From the IMG/VR virus record IMGVR_UViG_3300032073_000094, positions 1 to 35,520 of that record: 35,520 nucleotides of DNA. The stretch is one strand, 5' to 3'. How positions within the stretch are numbered: position 1 is the first letter of the stretch; each line of letters starts with the position of its first letter. This document shows positions 25,901-34,195 of this stretch, piece by piece. The translations under genes and the position numbers were made by a program. The notes beneath the pieces were generated by a model. The model saw nothing but the letters and a program-made list of their open reading frames with translations. It was not told the DNA's origin and searched no databases. The DNA comes from a virus. Its lineage: Duplodnaviria; Caudoviricetes.

Positions 25901-26458
25901 ATAACTTGCCTGATCTTCTTCTTCTTTTGTGCGGAATGGTTTTGCTGCAAATCTACCAATGCCTCCACTGATTAGTCTCAAGCCTTCAGTTGCTGCTAAG
26001 AATGATTCTGGTATGTTGGCTGATGCTTCAAGCAAGCCTTCTTCTTTGATCTTACCGGGTATCTTTCCAAACCCACCCGCTAATCCAATTACTGCTTGTT
26101 TTGCTATGGGATACCAATCAACCCCGTCATCTTCTTTTCTCTTCCACTCCTCAAACGTCATTATCCCACGGTCATCGTGGGTCTCAATAGCACTTTCAAT
26201 TTTTCCAGCTTCATTGTAAACAGGTCGATAAGTGGGACGGTATATCTTCTTCTTATTGTTATCGTAGACTGGGACATCAGTTTGTTTTCCACTGGAATCT
26301 ATCCATGGAATAGTCTCTTCAAACTCAACTTCCTCAAAATTTTGTATCGGTTGTTCTTCATCAAGTGTGAACGTGTACTCCTCAATAGGTTCACTTATTG
26401 TGGGAGAAGATAACTGCCTAGACAATCTATCAGCAGATGGTTTCAATGGGTCAGCCAT
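19958..26458 (-). CDS. Giant internal virion / DNA-ejection polyvalent protein (2166 aa)
   Basis: G/A-rich hydrophobic N-terminal region; zincin-like GFYD...TIYIN...TLFHEVFH (24593-24607); central module with SHFDEPNILAHVRFNDR..LFVEELQSDWH; C-terminal module WYDGA..AGVIAVLSPQ..KVRNF..VTIDTHA..QSITW. Last gene of the ejection cluster. Confidence 0.8.
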   Translation of the reverse strand: MADPLKPSADRLSRQLSSPTISEPIEEYTFTLDEEQPIQNFEEVEFEETIPWIDSSGKQTDVPVYDNNKKKIYRPTYRPVYNEAGKIESAIETHDDRGIMTFEEWKRKEDDGVDWYPIAKQAVIGLAGGFGKIPGKIKEEGLLEASANIPESFLAATEGLRLISGGIGRFAAKPFRTKEEEDQASYAAYKEFGNEIFRQLELRKSRLGDVARYFGADELAEVYDDGIDPEVADSLSLIFDPTYLVGGGLVKVGAAVARKAPKITNQYAKKMIKTAGAAAGSKAAKQLGEFLAKPITTSVSGIGSGVEKVGRGVQKAATKAAIFGAKNPKLAKTLQYGIGAGAGAYSAPEGQEIVGALGGAFGGRFALESGKFIGLGEVIEKGAQRIGGAAQAAKINSIRTSGLGTVAKIRPMREDVAKLFVTVDNRVANKLLSGAGQMADTVTIGAGIGAGLGAMMPYDPTNPGWIAGMGLGTIAAPAGLLSAKAFNQLARVEISRGGVPDAGMRLRLKETPMHQMASEAVVKRFLSGLPEQQRARFVDPNRNLSVDDLASQAEAVDWLMGARRDTGKDTNFFIGDTQEIQAKTGGIARDGVAGFYDSDSNTIYINTDAETPSFTLFHEVFHPSEKWSSLKKKLDEESGESFESDPLQDIQTDLAQTIFGTYAPDGGMMKPGLYSQSDMLSFADQYNGQLYPDLTSEIISKKAEIKKVKPESTAELAKKQDELNKLLEDQESNKKELDAFNALPDASKRDYMARELMSDYFAMFGESARHGIIRKARNITLKKDYFKDKFLGMNIDKLKFNVLGRLKKTLEASGVEFDLAGNPRGEMTATSALFKYPDQSKSISDVKNKIKDERAKPEADEPTLRLLEKELSGLEAKQKLAGKEVLMSPEIEHLLAQYITEKDKLIDRVSETSDTGGSEVTVNAKDLLKKNPDGTPKIPETEVKRWARSGWLKTDKDGNVLNSTGGKWQPGQKPAFTTPAERTRMEKKRVEMLVAALKDVTDDVNDDVPDTPTVKAKTNEKTGKTNFRGSYFDDRQMDAIMGADDDVVHPDLKATIKMMNDAIKEGTGAPFLADYWKAISGRGYDSKARMKVQLFTPFGMEISGAGNFNAKVFNIGYFENKINRWLGQTGKRKFWSDWADSDGRVNVDEFRTDMMKLLDTHYLNDTTVKFPDGMKKEKLYSFLGVKPDDPSVRDWNRSKQDSKLFISLRFDRMREVARGMGQSYPVNYHKAKARYMPGNKEFRNQIFRTAEPRPVQDDLGFFSRVEQVAMGDKIPNQGSGDQMLATIKKQPGVKQEELQWLGLEDYLRGKKQVTKDELVDFIRENDIQLEETMFSGDRYTPIDPNKETSPTQYEEYQLPGSEDGSYKEMLLRLPKIKENPRDVLGAPEKISVKDSAEYEGYDNLDHVLRYKIGGEIGVKKDGDFLSNNRELHSDEKMYDNVDYVTDSLSEIENKLSKFYVDEGLVRFNRNKNFQSSHFDEPNILAHVRFNDRIGPNGEKILFVEELQSDWHSAGRKSGYGEEVPDAPFKSSWHELATKRMLRYAAENGYDKLAFIDGKQTSARYKLSNQADFLAYRKTPDGSYRIEVGKDGDQVISKTVPESRLANFVGKDIAEKMKKNEGQQADPDSINLPGSAKSDWAFLSREERDAWTDFGEKPQTKFLRGLDLEVGGDWAFNLYDKMIPQFLRKYGKKFGAKVEDVGIRTNQFEEDAMSGSFESDAIDGESTSGELNSFKAIDITPQMRGEDGVMGGQVRFMPAERADRKNRVSTRLPTGVAATEDPLASVLLIDNNAIFLLPKEKQDVLASTIAKYPHIRTKKRDLSSVNKELQDMSVSNLLWLYDKVPENIRKRSKLWYDGARKITNDWAKKYGLTNAESAGVIAVLSPQKDWFMNVSLAERVIDGYKNKQNFPVNQEMITKAKEIDQFSKDPLIMKIIKTMNGKKFNDLDVVEKAYFMRLYDQTYRPQSFPVVSPEGRMMDSKVNNDGSLGRIIHPSSTSYMKAISILENPTKKNISDQLGVQHKVRNFNNNILLPKLAKEDVTIDTHAVAAALLKPLSAKSTEVSHNFGSGVPNSTITGGKGTYGIYADAYRKAAKQRGVLPREMQSITWEAVRGLFPQRMKNKKNIKIADGIWNDYNNGKLSLEETRNKISDAFGGIRNPTWYGPDK

Positions 26459-28104
26459 TAGAGTTTAGACAGGTTTTCTTTGTTCTTTTTAATAGACTCG
26501 ATAAGTTGTTTTCTTCTCTTCTCCGTGTCTCGATCAGATTTAGTGTTAGTAGTAATTGGAACGTAAGATGGACCTCTATTTGGGTTTGGTGGAGATGGCA
26601 ACTTATCTAATTGCTCTTGAAGAACATTAATTCTTTTTTTGATTAGTGTTTTTTTGTCTATCTCATCTGAACTAGGCGCAGGTTTAGGTAATAAACTGTT
26701 AGCTGGGTCTGGTCTAGGTGCAGGTGGAGTTGTAGAGTCAGTCCGTCTTTCAAGACTAATGTTATGCGTCTTGCCTGTGCTCTTATCTAGAATCTGAATT
26801 TTGTTTGATCCAGTAGAAATTATTTCAGCTTTTTCCTCATCACTAAGCTGATCTTTACCTCTAAATTCTTCAACCTCAACTACTGGTCTGTCTTGGGATG
26901 CTTCTTCTGCTTCTTCTTCACCGAGGAGTCTGTTTGCGGTAGACCTCAAAGATTTCAAACCTGGAAGAAGTCCTGAAACGTCAATTTTACTTTCAGCCAT
27001 ACCTCTAAGTTTGTCTTCGTAAGAATTAGAAACCATTTTAATTGCTGCTGAAGTCAAAAGTTTATTGATTTCTTCAGGAGAATTTAACGTCCCAAGTGTT
27101 CTAGAATACAACTTTACATCGTCATCAGTTAAAACGCCAACCTCTCCAAATACACCACGAGCGAAACCGGGAATAATTGTTGTTATCTGAGCTTTAAGCC
27201 TTTGAGCTTTCACATCCCATGGATTAGCAGATCTAAAAATTCCAACAATTGGCCCGGTGTCTCCCACTACTTTTAATTGTTCGTCAAGTTCTTCCAATCG
27301 AGCGAGTGTGAATTTATATTTACTTAATGCTAGACGCTCACTCTCACCAGGTGCTTTTGTGTGAACATTTGACGCTCCAATAATTGTGTCAGTGTCGTTA
27401 CTTTTAACCGCATTTGCCCACCGTTTTTGCCGAGCAACAATGACTGGTGTTTGCATTTCTTTAGGCATTCCAGCAGTTGGTGCACCAGATATAATCATGC
27501 TTTCAAATGAGTCTCCTCCATATAAAGCTTTTTGTTTTTTCTTTATTGCATCTACTTCTTTCTCAAGTTTGTAATTATCAATAAAATTATTCATTGCTGG
27601 CATATCAAACTGAGTTTTCCCATCTGGGTTTAGAATAAAACTTCCATCTTTGTTCCTCTTATAAATTGGATCAATTTCTCCACTGACTGTTTTGTAATTT
27701 TCAACTGTAAGAAAACGGTTACGATCTTCTGCTAATAATACTGGGTATCCTTCTTTTGCCTCAAATGATTTTGTTATATTTCCGTATTGTTTCCAAGTAG
27801 CTGGGTCTCTAAGAATAGTTGGCTCAACTGATGACTTTAAATCTGCATAGAATTGCCGTCCTTCAAGAGTAGAAAAATCAATTTCACCTGAAGCAAGTGC
27901 TTCTGGCAGATAATCAACAAATTTGTCTTTTGCCGTTTGTGCAGCTAATTCATTATCAATCTTTTCTTTCCGTTGTTGTTGCTCATATTTGAATTGCGTC
28001 TTGACCATGTCTAGACGTTTCTTCTGCATGGCATTATTAGCAGCACTATTCCATATAGCCTGCCCCGCTCTTAGCCCACTTGCAAATGCTGATCCCGCGC
28101 TCAT
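26458..28104 (-). CDS. Internal virion / ejection protein (548 aa)
   Basis: MSAGSAFASGLRAGQ amphipathic start, coiled coil, FARGVFGEVGVLTDDD motif; second gene of the three-gene ejection cluster. Confidence 0.65.
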   Translation of the reverse strand: MSAGSAFASGLRAGQAIWNSAANNAMQKKRLDMVKTQFKYEQQQRKEKIDNELAAQTAKDKFVDYLPEALASGEIDFSTLEGRQFYADLKSSVEPTILRDPATWKQYGNITKSFEAKEGYPVLLAEDRNRFLTVENYKTVSGEIDPIYKRNKDGSFILNPDGKTQFDMPAMNNFIDNYKLEKEVDAIKKKQKALYGGDSFESMIISGAPTAGMPKEMQTPVIVARQKRWANAVKSNDTDTIIGASNVHTKAPGESERLALSKYKFTLARLEELDEQLKVVGDTGPIVGIFRSANPWDVKAQRLKAQITTIIPGFARGVFGEVGVLTDDDVKLYSRTLGTLNSPEEINKLLTSAAIKMVSNSYEDKLRGMAESKIDVSGLLPGLKSLRSTANRLLGEEEAEEASQDRPVVEVEEFRGKDQLSDEEKAEIISTGSNKIQILDKSTGKTHNISLERRTDSTTPPAPRPDPANSLLPKPAPSSDEIDKKTLIKKRINVLQEQLDKLPSPPNPNRGPSYVPITTNTKSDRDTEKRRKQLIESIKKNKENLSKL

Positions 28105-28111
28105 TGTTCTA

Positions 28112-28951
28112 TTAAATATATTTATCTGCTATTTTTCCAGTTGCTACACCAGTCGCTAAACCTAAAAGTTGTGCCCCAATTGGTTGCTGATTAGCGGCGT
28201 AATTCATTCGAGTGTTGTACCCGCTCATCATGTAGCTTTCACCTCTTGCTCCTGCATTTGGGTCTAATGCTAAACCTGATTGAACACCTACCGGGTTAAA
28301 CGGTGACGCGCCTGCTTGTGCTCCACTTAATGCTCCAATTTGATTTATTGGTGTGTTGCCACTTAAAAATGATGCAGCATTAGCCAGGTTCTGTTGTTTC
28401 AATGCTAGACCAGCGTAGCCTTTGCTCATAGCTTCAGATGCAACTGCTGCTGTCCCATAAACATTACCTCTAGATGTCTGTGCGTATTGTTCAGCCTCTT
28501 CTACTTGTTTATCCATCTCTGGTGACAATCGACCTCCTGCCATCAAACCTCGTTTAGCGTCATCACCTAACATCTCTCGAATTTCATAACCAGTTGGGTC
28601 TGCTGCTTTCAGTTCTTCCATACGTTGTTGAACAAAATCTTTTCCGTATTTCTTCTGCACATCGAGCATTGTCTTAGCCATTTTATCTGCTGACTCAGCA
28701 GCAAAATCCATGTCTGCTCTTGTTGAATCTTCATCTGAAAAGCCTTTGAAATCATAGGTAACATCTTTGAATCCAGTCTTGTTGCCTTTACCGTCAAATG
28801 TTGGAACTTTTAAATCAATTTTCTTACCGAACTTAGCGGCATTGTTGATCATTTTTTTAATCGCCAATGTTTCAGCATCTGCCCACACTCCGGCTTCGTT
28901 TGCTCCAGCCATGTTCGGAGCTTCTTGTTCGTCTTGTGAATATGCTCCCAT
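28112..28951 (-). CDS. Internal virion / pilot ejection protein (279 aa)
   Basis: MG start, A/G/Q-rich, C-terminal GAQLLGLATGVATG glycine-rich helix; first gene of the ejection cluster. Confidence 0.65.
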   Translation of the reverse strand: MGAYSQDEQEAPNMAGANEAGVWADAETLAIKKMINNAAKFGKKIDLKVPTFDGKGNKTGFKDVTYDFKGFSDEDSTRADMDFAAESADKMAKTMLDVQKKYGKDFVQQRMEELKAADPTGYEIREMLGDDAKRGLMAGGRLSPEMDKQVEEAEQYAQTSRGNVYGTAAVASEAMSKGYAGLALKQQNLANAASFLSGNTPINQIGALSGAQAGASPFNPVGVQSGLALDPNAGARGESYMMSGYNTRMNYAANQQPIGAQLLGLATGVATGKIADKYI

Positions 28952-28953
28952 AT

Positions 28954-29382
28954 CTAAAATTCCTCCTTCAAAAACAATTCTCTAATTTTTAAACTTATTT
29001 TTCTCATATGTTCGTTTCCCCCGGTTAGGTATGCAACTAGCAGAACTAACTCAGTAAGTTGGTCTCTAATAACTAGAGCATAATTCTTTCTAGTTGTATC
29101 TTTTTCCATCCAATCGTTGCTGTCTATCCATGCGTTTAAACTTGTTAAATGTAATGGAAGTAAAGTTGTTTTATGAACGTGAAAGAATGGGTTGCTCGGT
29201 AGATCTACTAATAATAATTGCGCTAATTTATATTTAGAATCAACATCAACTTCATCAGGCTTGTCTACTAAATCATCAATAATTCTTGCGACCCGCGAGA
29301 TGATAGACAAATAGCCCCAAGCATCAGTGTTTCCGTTGGAACTTAGCCTAATTGCTTCATGCACTTTCTCGTCGTAGGTCAC
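28954..29382 (-). CDS. Helical protein with DDxxD motif (isoprenoid-synthase-like fold suspected)
   Basis: RVARIIDDLVDK, LLVDLPSNPFF..H...LLP, NAWIDSN; lies between nozzle and ejection genes. Confidence 0.65.
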   Translation of the reverse strand: MTYDEKVHEAIRLSSNGNTDAWGYLSIISRVARIIDDLVDKPDEVDVDSKYKLAQLLLVDLPSNPFFHVHKTTLLPLHLTSLNAWIDSNDWMEKDTTRKNYALVIRDQLTELVLLVAYLTGGNEHMRKISLKIRELFLKEEF

Positions 29383-31511
29383 GATTCCACCCCCACACTG
29401 TTAAGAAATCCTCCAGCATAAATTGATCTTAATGCTAAATATTTACTGTCTGTTCCAGCGTTATCTGATTGCTGAAATTTGAACTGCAACTCACGGAACT
29501 CTGGGTATTGAGTCATTGAATATCTAAACCTAGTTAATAATCCGCTCCCAAGCGTTGATGGCAGTGGGAAAGTTAATCTTAATTCTCCTGTTCCAGTGTC
29601 TAGTTCATCAGCTAAATTGTCTGTCTGTTCTGCTCCATCGAGGATAACCCCAATATCAATAACTGCATTACTTCGATCAAACTCAAACTCAGCGAACTCA
29701 GCATCTTTGCTGGTAGTCTGCTCGTTGAATGTGAAAGCTCTAGTTAACGCTTCCCAACCGGTGTCCATTGAGAGAAAAGCTTCAAAATCAGCATTACCTG
29801 CTCCTGCATGACTAGTAACAATCGTAGGAGCGGAAGTGTAACCCGTTCCACTGTTTGTAATTGTAACAGAATTAATTACTCCCCCACTCACGGTATAGGT
29901 TCCAGCAAAGCTAGATCCTCCTCCTCCCGTTGCACTTAATGTTCCAGCGGTATAACCAGTGCCTCCGTTTTTAATCCGAACATCATCAACTCCTGTAGAA
30001 GTTCTTATTTTATCTTGAAAATCCGTATCTACTAAATTTCTATCTTCAACAAAATCCCGGTATTGCAATGGATTACCAACTTTATCCAGGCTAATTAAAT
30101 ACGGTTTGCCTCCACTAAACTGAGTCACCGCATACTGGTATGGATTTATGTAACTTGATGGAACTCCGCTTGTAACAGTCACATCTCCATTCCAAATACC
30201 CATCCAGGACTGGGTGTTAGTATTGAAGACTATTGTAGTGTCGTTGACTGTGCTTGCCCCAGTTGGGACAGATAGTAAATATCTGTTGTTCCAGAATACT
30301 GATGTAGCATTTTCAACCGCAGACCAATTAATCTTATCAATAACATCTTGTATTGGATAACTAATGACACCTACATCAGATGCCACCATGTTTTCTTCCA
30401 TGGTCCGTCTAATTGATCGGACTCCTGTGCGAGAAAGAAAAAATAGATCTTCTCCAACCTGAGCTATAGAACCATTAGCAACACATCCTGTGGTCGCTGA
30501 GATTGTTCTAATTGTGAAGTCTGCTGTAGTTGGAGCAGTTCCACTTGCAGCAGGTGCACCTCCAGTATCAACTACATAACAACTGTTTTTACAAAAAACT
30601 ACTATGTTAAAAGCTACCCAGCTTGCTAACCCGGTTACCGGGTCACCTAGTCCCACTTTAAATGGCAAATTTGCTGTGCCCCCAAATGTAGTTTCATAGG
30701 CTGGAGTTATGGCAGCATTACCGTCTCCAGCATGACTAGGAACTATTGTAGGAAGAGATGTGTAACCACTACCACTATTAGTAATTGTGACTGTTTTAAT
30801 TACTCCTGCATCAACTGTATAACTTCCTGCAAAACCTGATCCTCCTCCACCAGTGGCACTAAGTGTTCCAGCGGTATAACCAGTGCCCCCATTAGTGATC
30901 GTTAAAGATCCAATTGCCTGGGTATAATTAGGAAGAAATTCAGAAACATGTATTTGATCATCGCTGGGTTGATAAGCAAATATTCTAAAATTATTGTTAA
31001 CTAAATATTTAGAGTTAATTGGTCCATCAGCTATTTCTTTAACAACGTAAGTAGAACCACTGTTATCCCAAGAAATTTGGCCTATTCTGTTATTATTAGA
31101 ATGACTAGCAAAAAACAACTTGTCAGCAATTTGGCAAGTGTAAACCCGGTTAGTTGTGCTGTTTGTAAAACCAGTTCCTAGTCCTGACACACTAACTGTA
31201 CCACTAGAATTTATTGAGTATGCATTTGAATTAACAAATGCAATTAAGGCCTCTTTAGCATCAGTGTCATAGTAAGCTAACGCTTGTGTGTTGATTGAGG
31301 CTGATGAACTGCCTAGTAAATCAGCAAATCGATGAAATCCTCGTCTAGATTTTAGAACACCATTCTTTGGAGCGTCTAAGTCTTTAAGCGATTCTGCCTG
31401 ACTTTCGTTTAGAAGATTCTCGCGGAAGTTAGATATTTGCCCACCTACGAAACTAGCCTGACGATCATATTGAACCGGGTCATCAAGTCCATCATTATAA
31501 TAAACAGGCAT
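29379..31511 (-). CDS. Tail nozzle / head-closure protein (P22 gp10 / T7 gp12-like) with two inserted GSGYT modules
   Basis: Beta-propeller signatures (TTGCVANGSIAQVGEDLFFLSRTGVRSI, SYPIQDVIDKINW, WNNRYLLSVP, VFNTNTQSW). Confidence 0.8.
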   Translation of the reverse strand: MPVYYNDGLDDPVQYDRQASFVGGQISNFRENLLNESQAESLKDLDAPKNGVLKSRRGFHRFADLLGSSSASINTQALAYYDTDAKEALIAFVNSNAYSINSSGTVSVSGLGTGFTNSTTNRVYTCQIADKLFFASHSNNNRIGQISWDNSGSTYVVKEIADGPINSKYLVNNNFRIFAYQPSDDQIHVSEFLPNYTQAIGSLTITNGGTGYTAGTLSATGGGGSGFAGSYTVDAGVIKTVTITNSGSGYTSLPTIVPSHAGDGNAAITPAYETTFGGTANLPFKVGLGDPVTGLASWVAFNIVVFCKNSCYVVDTGGAPAASGTAPTTADFTIRTISATTGCVANGSIAQVGEDLFFLSRTGVRSIRRTMEENMVASDVGVISYPIQDVIDKINWSAVENATSVFWNNRYLLSVPTGASTVNDTTIVFNTNTQSWMGIWNGDVTVTSGVPSSYINPYQYAVTQFSGGKPYLISLDKVGNPLQYRDFVEDRNLVDTDFQDKIRTSTGVDDVRIKNGGTGYTAGTLSATGGGGSSFAGTYTVSGGVINSVTITNSGTGYTSAPTIVTSHAGAGNADFEAFLSMDTGWEALTRAFTFNEQTTSKDAEFAEFEFDRSNAVIDIGVILDGAEQTDNLADELDTGTGELRLTFPLPSTLGSGLLTRFRYSMTQYPEFRELQFKFQQSDNAGTDSKYLALRSIYAGGFLNSVGVES

Positions 31512-31514
31512 AAC

Positions 31515-32687
31515 TTAAAATCCAAAATCATTTCTACTGTAACCCATGCCATAGACATCTGGTATCAATCGAGTTTGTTTTGCAGACTGGTTGCTCTCTT
31601 GATCACGAGCCACCTGCATTAATGCATTAGCTTGTTGGTGTTCTAATTGAGCTTTACCAAATTGTCTCGACCTCTTCAACATGTCACCAGTTGCAAAATG
31701 AATCAGCACGTTATCAATGCCGCTAATCATTGGTGAATCATAATCACCAATCATAGGCTGAGTTTTTCTTTTACCAATAACATACAAGTTCTTAGGATCA
31801 CTTGCGTCATATTTAGGTTTGTCAAAAAACTTAACTCTTTGGAATTTACTTACATTCTCCCATTCAGGCCAAAAGAAATACTTACTTGCGTCAGTAGCAC
31901 TTCTAACCTGGACATGTCCTGTGGTAGTTTCTTTGCTTATTGAATGAACTGCTGACCATACATTTGATGTGGTAACACTAGAAGCTAGTGTTACTGTCTC
32001 TTTTTGCATAGTTAGTTCCTGCCCGTATAGTTCACCAACAATTGTGATTTTCTTACCGTTGTCAGAACTGTCCGAGGAAAGAAACTCAATAGCACCATAA
32101 GCAGGATCAAAATTAATACCTGAGCTGTCAATAACAGAAAACTGAGCAGTGTTTGCATTTTTCTTAAATGAATCCGGGTCAGTCATTAACTCAGTTATGA
32201 GTTGTGTTGGTAACAGATTTTGTTCGTTATAACTAATACCTAAAATAGTCTCAAATTTCTGAGGACAAACCATCTCATCAGCTAACTCGCTTACAATTGC
32301 AGTTGCAGTTGCTCCATCTCCTGCTCCCCCAGTAAATGTTATTGTTGGCGCGGAGGTGTATCCTGATCCTGAGTTTTGGATGTAAACTTTTGCAACTGCT
32401 CCCCCACCAATCTCACAAGCAGCAGTAGCATTGCTCCCAGCACCACCAGAAAAACCAACAGTGGGTGCGGAGGTGTATCCTGATCCTCCATTGTCTAAAA
32501 TAATCTGAGTTATCCTGCCATCGTATGGCAGTGTCATTTGTTCAACATCAATTGTCTCTCTCCATAACCCAGAGTTAATAATGTTTTCATGATGTTGCCG
32601 TATAAATTCTTTGCACCTAGTTTTGGATGTGTCATCCGTTTTGTTGACCAGGTTGCAAACGTATGTGGCAATATCTGTTAAAGTCAT
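31515..32687 (-). CDS. Tail adaptor (head-tail connector) with inserted GSGYT module
   Basis: MTLTDIATYV N-terminal helix and DNVLIHFATGDML C-terminal helices typical of adaptors; upstream of nozzle. Confidence 0.7.
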   Translation of the reverse strand: MTLTDIATYVCNLVNKTDDTSKTRCKEFIRQHHENIINSGLWRETIDVEQMTLPYDGRITQIILDNGGSGYTSAPTVGFSGGAGSNATAACEIGGGAVAKVYIQNSGSGYTSAPTITFTGGAGDGATATAIVSELADEMVCPQKFETILGISYNEQNLLPTQLITELMTDPDSFKKNANTAQFSVIDSSGINFDPAYGAIEFLSSDSSDNGKKITIVGELYGQELTMQKETVTLASSVTTSNVWSAVHSISKETTTGHVQVRSATDASKYFFWPEWENVSKFQRVKFFDKPKYDASDPKNLYVIGKRKTQPMIGDYDSPMISGIDNVLIHFATGDMLKRSRQFGKAQLEHQQANALMQVARDQESNQSAKQTRLIPDVYGMGYSRNDFGF

Positions 32688-33614
32688 TTATGCTCCTACT
32701 ACTGCGTATAGTTCCCACTTGGTTGTATTCAGACTAACAATACCTGGGGATGTCCCAGATGAACCACTCGGCTTGTCGTAAAATGATAAGCTAAAATCGG
32801 GATGAGTTACATACCATATATTCGTGCCGTCTGCTCCAAATGTACAAACACTGTTAGACCAATAAGACGCTTTCTTCCATAATCTGTCTCCAACAACAAA
32901 ATTATTGTCGACGCTTGTGCATTGCAGGAAAAAATCAAGTGACACTGGGGGTGCCCCGCAACCGTGCGCCGCCAAAACATAACTACCTGCTGCTGGAACA
33001 TTGCCCATAGAAACTGTTTTGTTGTGAATTTTCCAAGACGGGGCACTGGTGCCTGCAGAAGTTAAAACTGCTGGGGTAGTGTCATTTCTTGTCAATTCTG
33101 TCGGAACTCCACTTGATCCGTAAACAATTACTCCAGGTTTATTGTCAAAGCTATGAGAAATCTTGGCCGGGTTAATAGCATCATCTTTTACCATTGCATT
33201 TGCAATTGAGTTAGACGCTATTTCTAAATAAAAATTAGATGCAGTGCTAGTTATAGTAATATCGCCAGCAGTTCCACTATCAAATGTTTTGCTTTTAATA
33301 TCGGTCCCATCACCACTAAGAAAAGCGTTGTTAGTTTTTGCGTTTAAATCAGATGCCGCTCCCGAAGAATTTCCAACTTTTACAGTTCCTCGTGTCATTC
33401 CAGACAACTTAGTATTTGTAACAGAATTACTGACTAACTCATTAGTGCCCACTGAGTTGTTAGTCATGTTGTCGTTTACTACTGAATTATTTGCCAACTT
33501 GCCAGGAGCAATACCCCCATCATCAATTGAACAATTAGCTACTATGTTATTCAGCTTTGCAGCAGTGACCGTATCACCATCGCTAAATGTCTGAGTGGTT
33601 GTTAATCCTGCCAT
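32688..33614 (-). CDS. Second tail fibre / spike-like protein
   Basis: TFSDGDTVTAAKLN anchor, short repeats (IAPGKLANNSV, VTNTKL, INPAKI), beta-rich tip. Confidence 0.7.
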   Translation of the reverse strand: MAGLTTTQTFSDGDTVTAAKLNNIVANCSIDDGGIAPGKLANNSVVNDNMTNNSVGTNELVSNSVTNTKLSGMTRGTVKVGNSSGAASDLNAKTNNAFLSGDGTDIKSKTFDSGTAGDITITSTASNFYLEIASNSIANAMVKDDAINPAKISHSFDNKPGVIVYGSSGVPTELTRNDTTPAVLTSAGTSAPSWKIHNKTVSMGNVPAAGSYVLAAHGCGAPPVSLDFFLQCTSVDNNFVVGDRLWKKASYWSNSVCTFGADGTNIWYVTHPDFSLSFYDKPSGSSGTSPGIVSLNTTKWELYAVVGA

Positions 33615-33623
33615 TTGAGCCTC

Positions 33624-33860
33624 CTAGCTTGCTTTCTTAACGACTTTTTTCTTTGGTGCTGGTGCAACACTACTTGCCGCCTCAACTGCCGCTTCAGCTA
33701 CATTCTGAGTCTTGTAGATTCCGTGCCTCAAGAAAATCGCTAAAATACTAGTAAGAGTTGCGTTTAAAAACTCGGCTAGATTTATATCTGAAGATATATA
33801 TAGTCCTAGACTAGAAATGATTCCTGCTAGTCCCGCGTATAATGTTTTTGATTTCCACAT
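33624..33860 (-). CDS. Holin-like membrane protein
   Basis: KSKTLY start, two hydrophobic segments, LAIFLRHG, basic tail. Confidence 0.55.
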   Translation of the reverse strand: MWKSKTLYAGLAGIISSLGLYISSDINLAEFLNATLTSILAIFLRHGIYKTQNVAEAAVEAASSVAPAPKKKVVKKAS

Positions 33861-33862
33861 GA

Positions 33863-34006
33863 TTAATATTTCTTTTTTGCTGTTTTTGCAGATTTCTTAA
33901 AAGCTTTGGCAGTGGGGGCACCAGCAGAACCTGGCTTTCTCATCTTTTCTCCACTACCAGATTTAATACGCTTTTTCTTAGCGTGAATATTTTTATATAG
34001 ACTCAT
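33863..34006 (-). CDS. Small basic protein (47 aa, below ORF cut-off)
   Basis: MSLYKNIHAKKKRIKSGSGEKMRKPGSAGAPTAKAFKKSAKTAKKKY; exactly fills the gap between neighbours. Confidence 0.75.
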   Translation of the reverse strand: MSLYKNIHAKKKRIKSGSGEKMRKPGSAGAPTAKAFKKSAKTAKKKY

Positions 34007-34007
34007 G

Positions 34008-34160
34008 TTATTTATTTTTTATTAAATGTTTGATCTTCAAGATTATATAAATTAAAGACGCCAAACTTATTCCAACTTTTAGAATTAAATCTATCTCCAC
34101 CATCCAATTAAAAATCCCAGTCGCACTGGCGATTGCAACTTTAATATCGTCAAAGTTCAC
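34008..34160 (-). CDS. Small membrane protein, holin candidate (50 aa, GTG start)
   Basis: MNFDDIKVAIASATGIFNWMVEIDLILKVGISLASLIYIILKIKHLIKNK; hydrophobic with basic C-terminus. Confidence 0.65.
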   Translation of the reverse strand: MNFDDIKVAIASATGIFNWMVEIDLILKVGISLASLIYIILKIKHLIKNK

Positions 34161-34195
34161 TTAGCTTTTCAAAGACAAATTAAAAGACTAACAGT

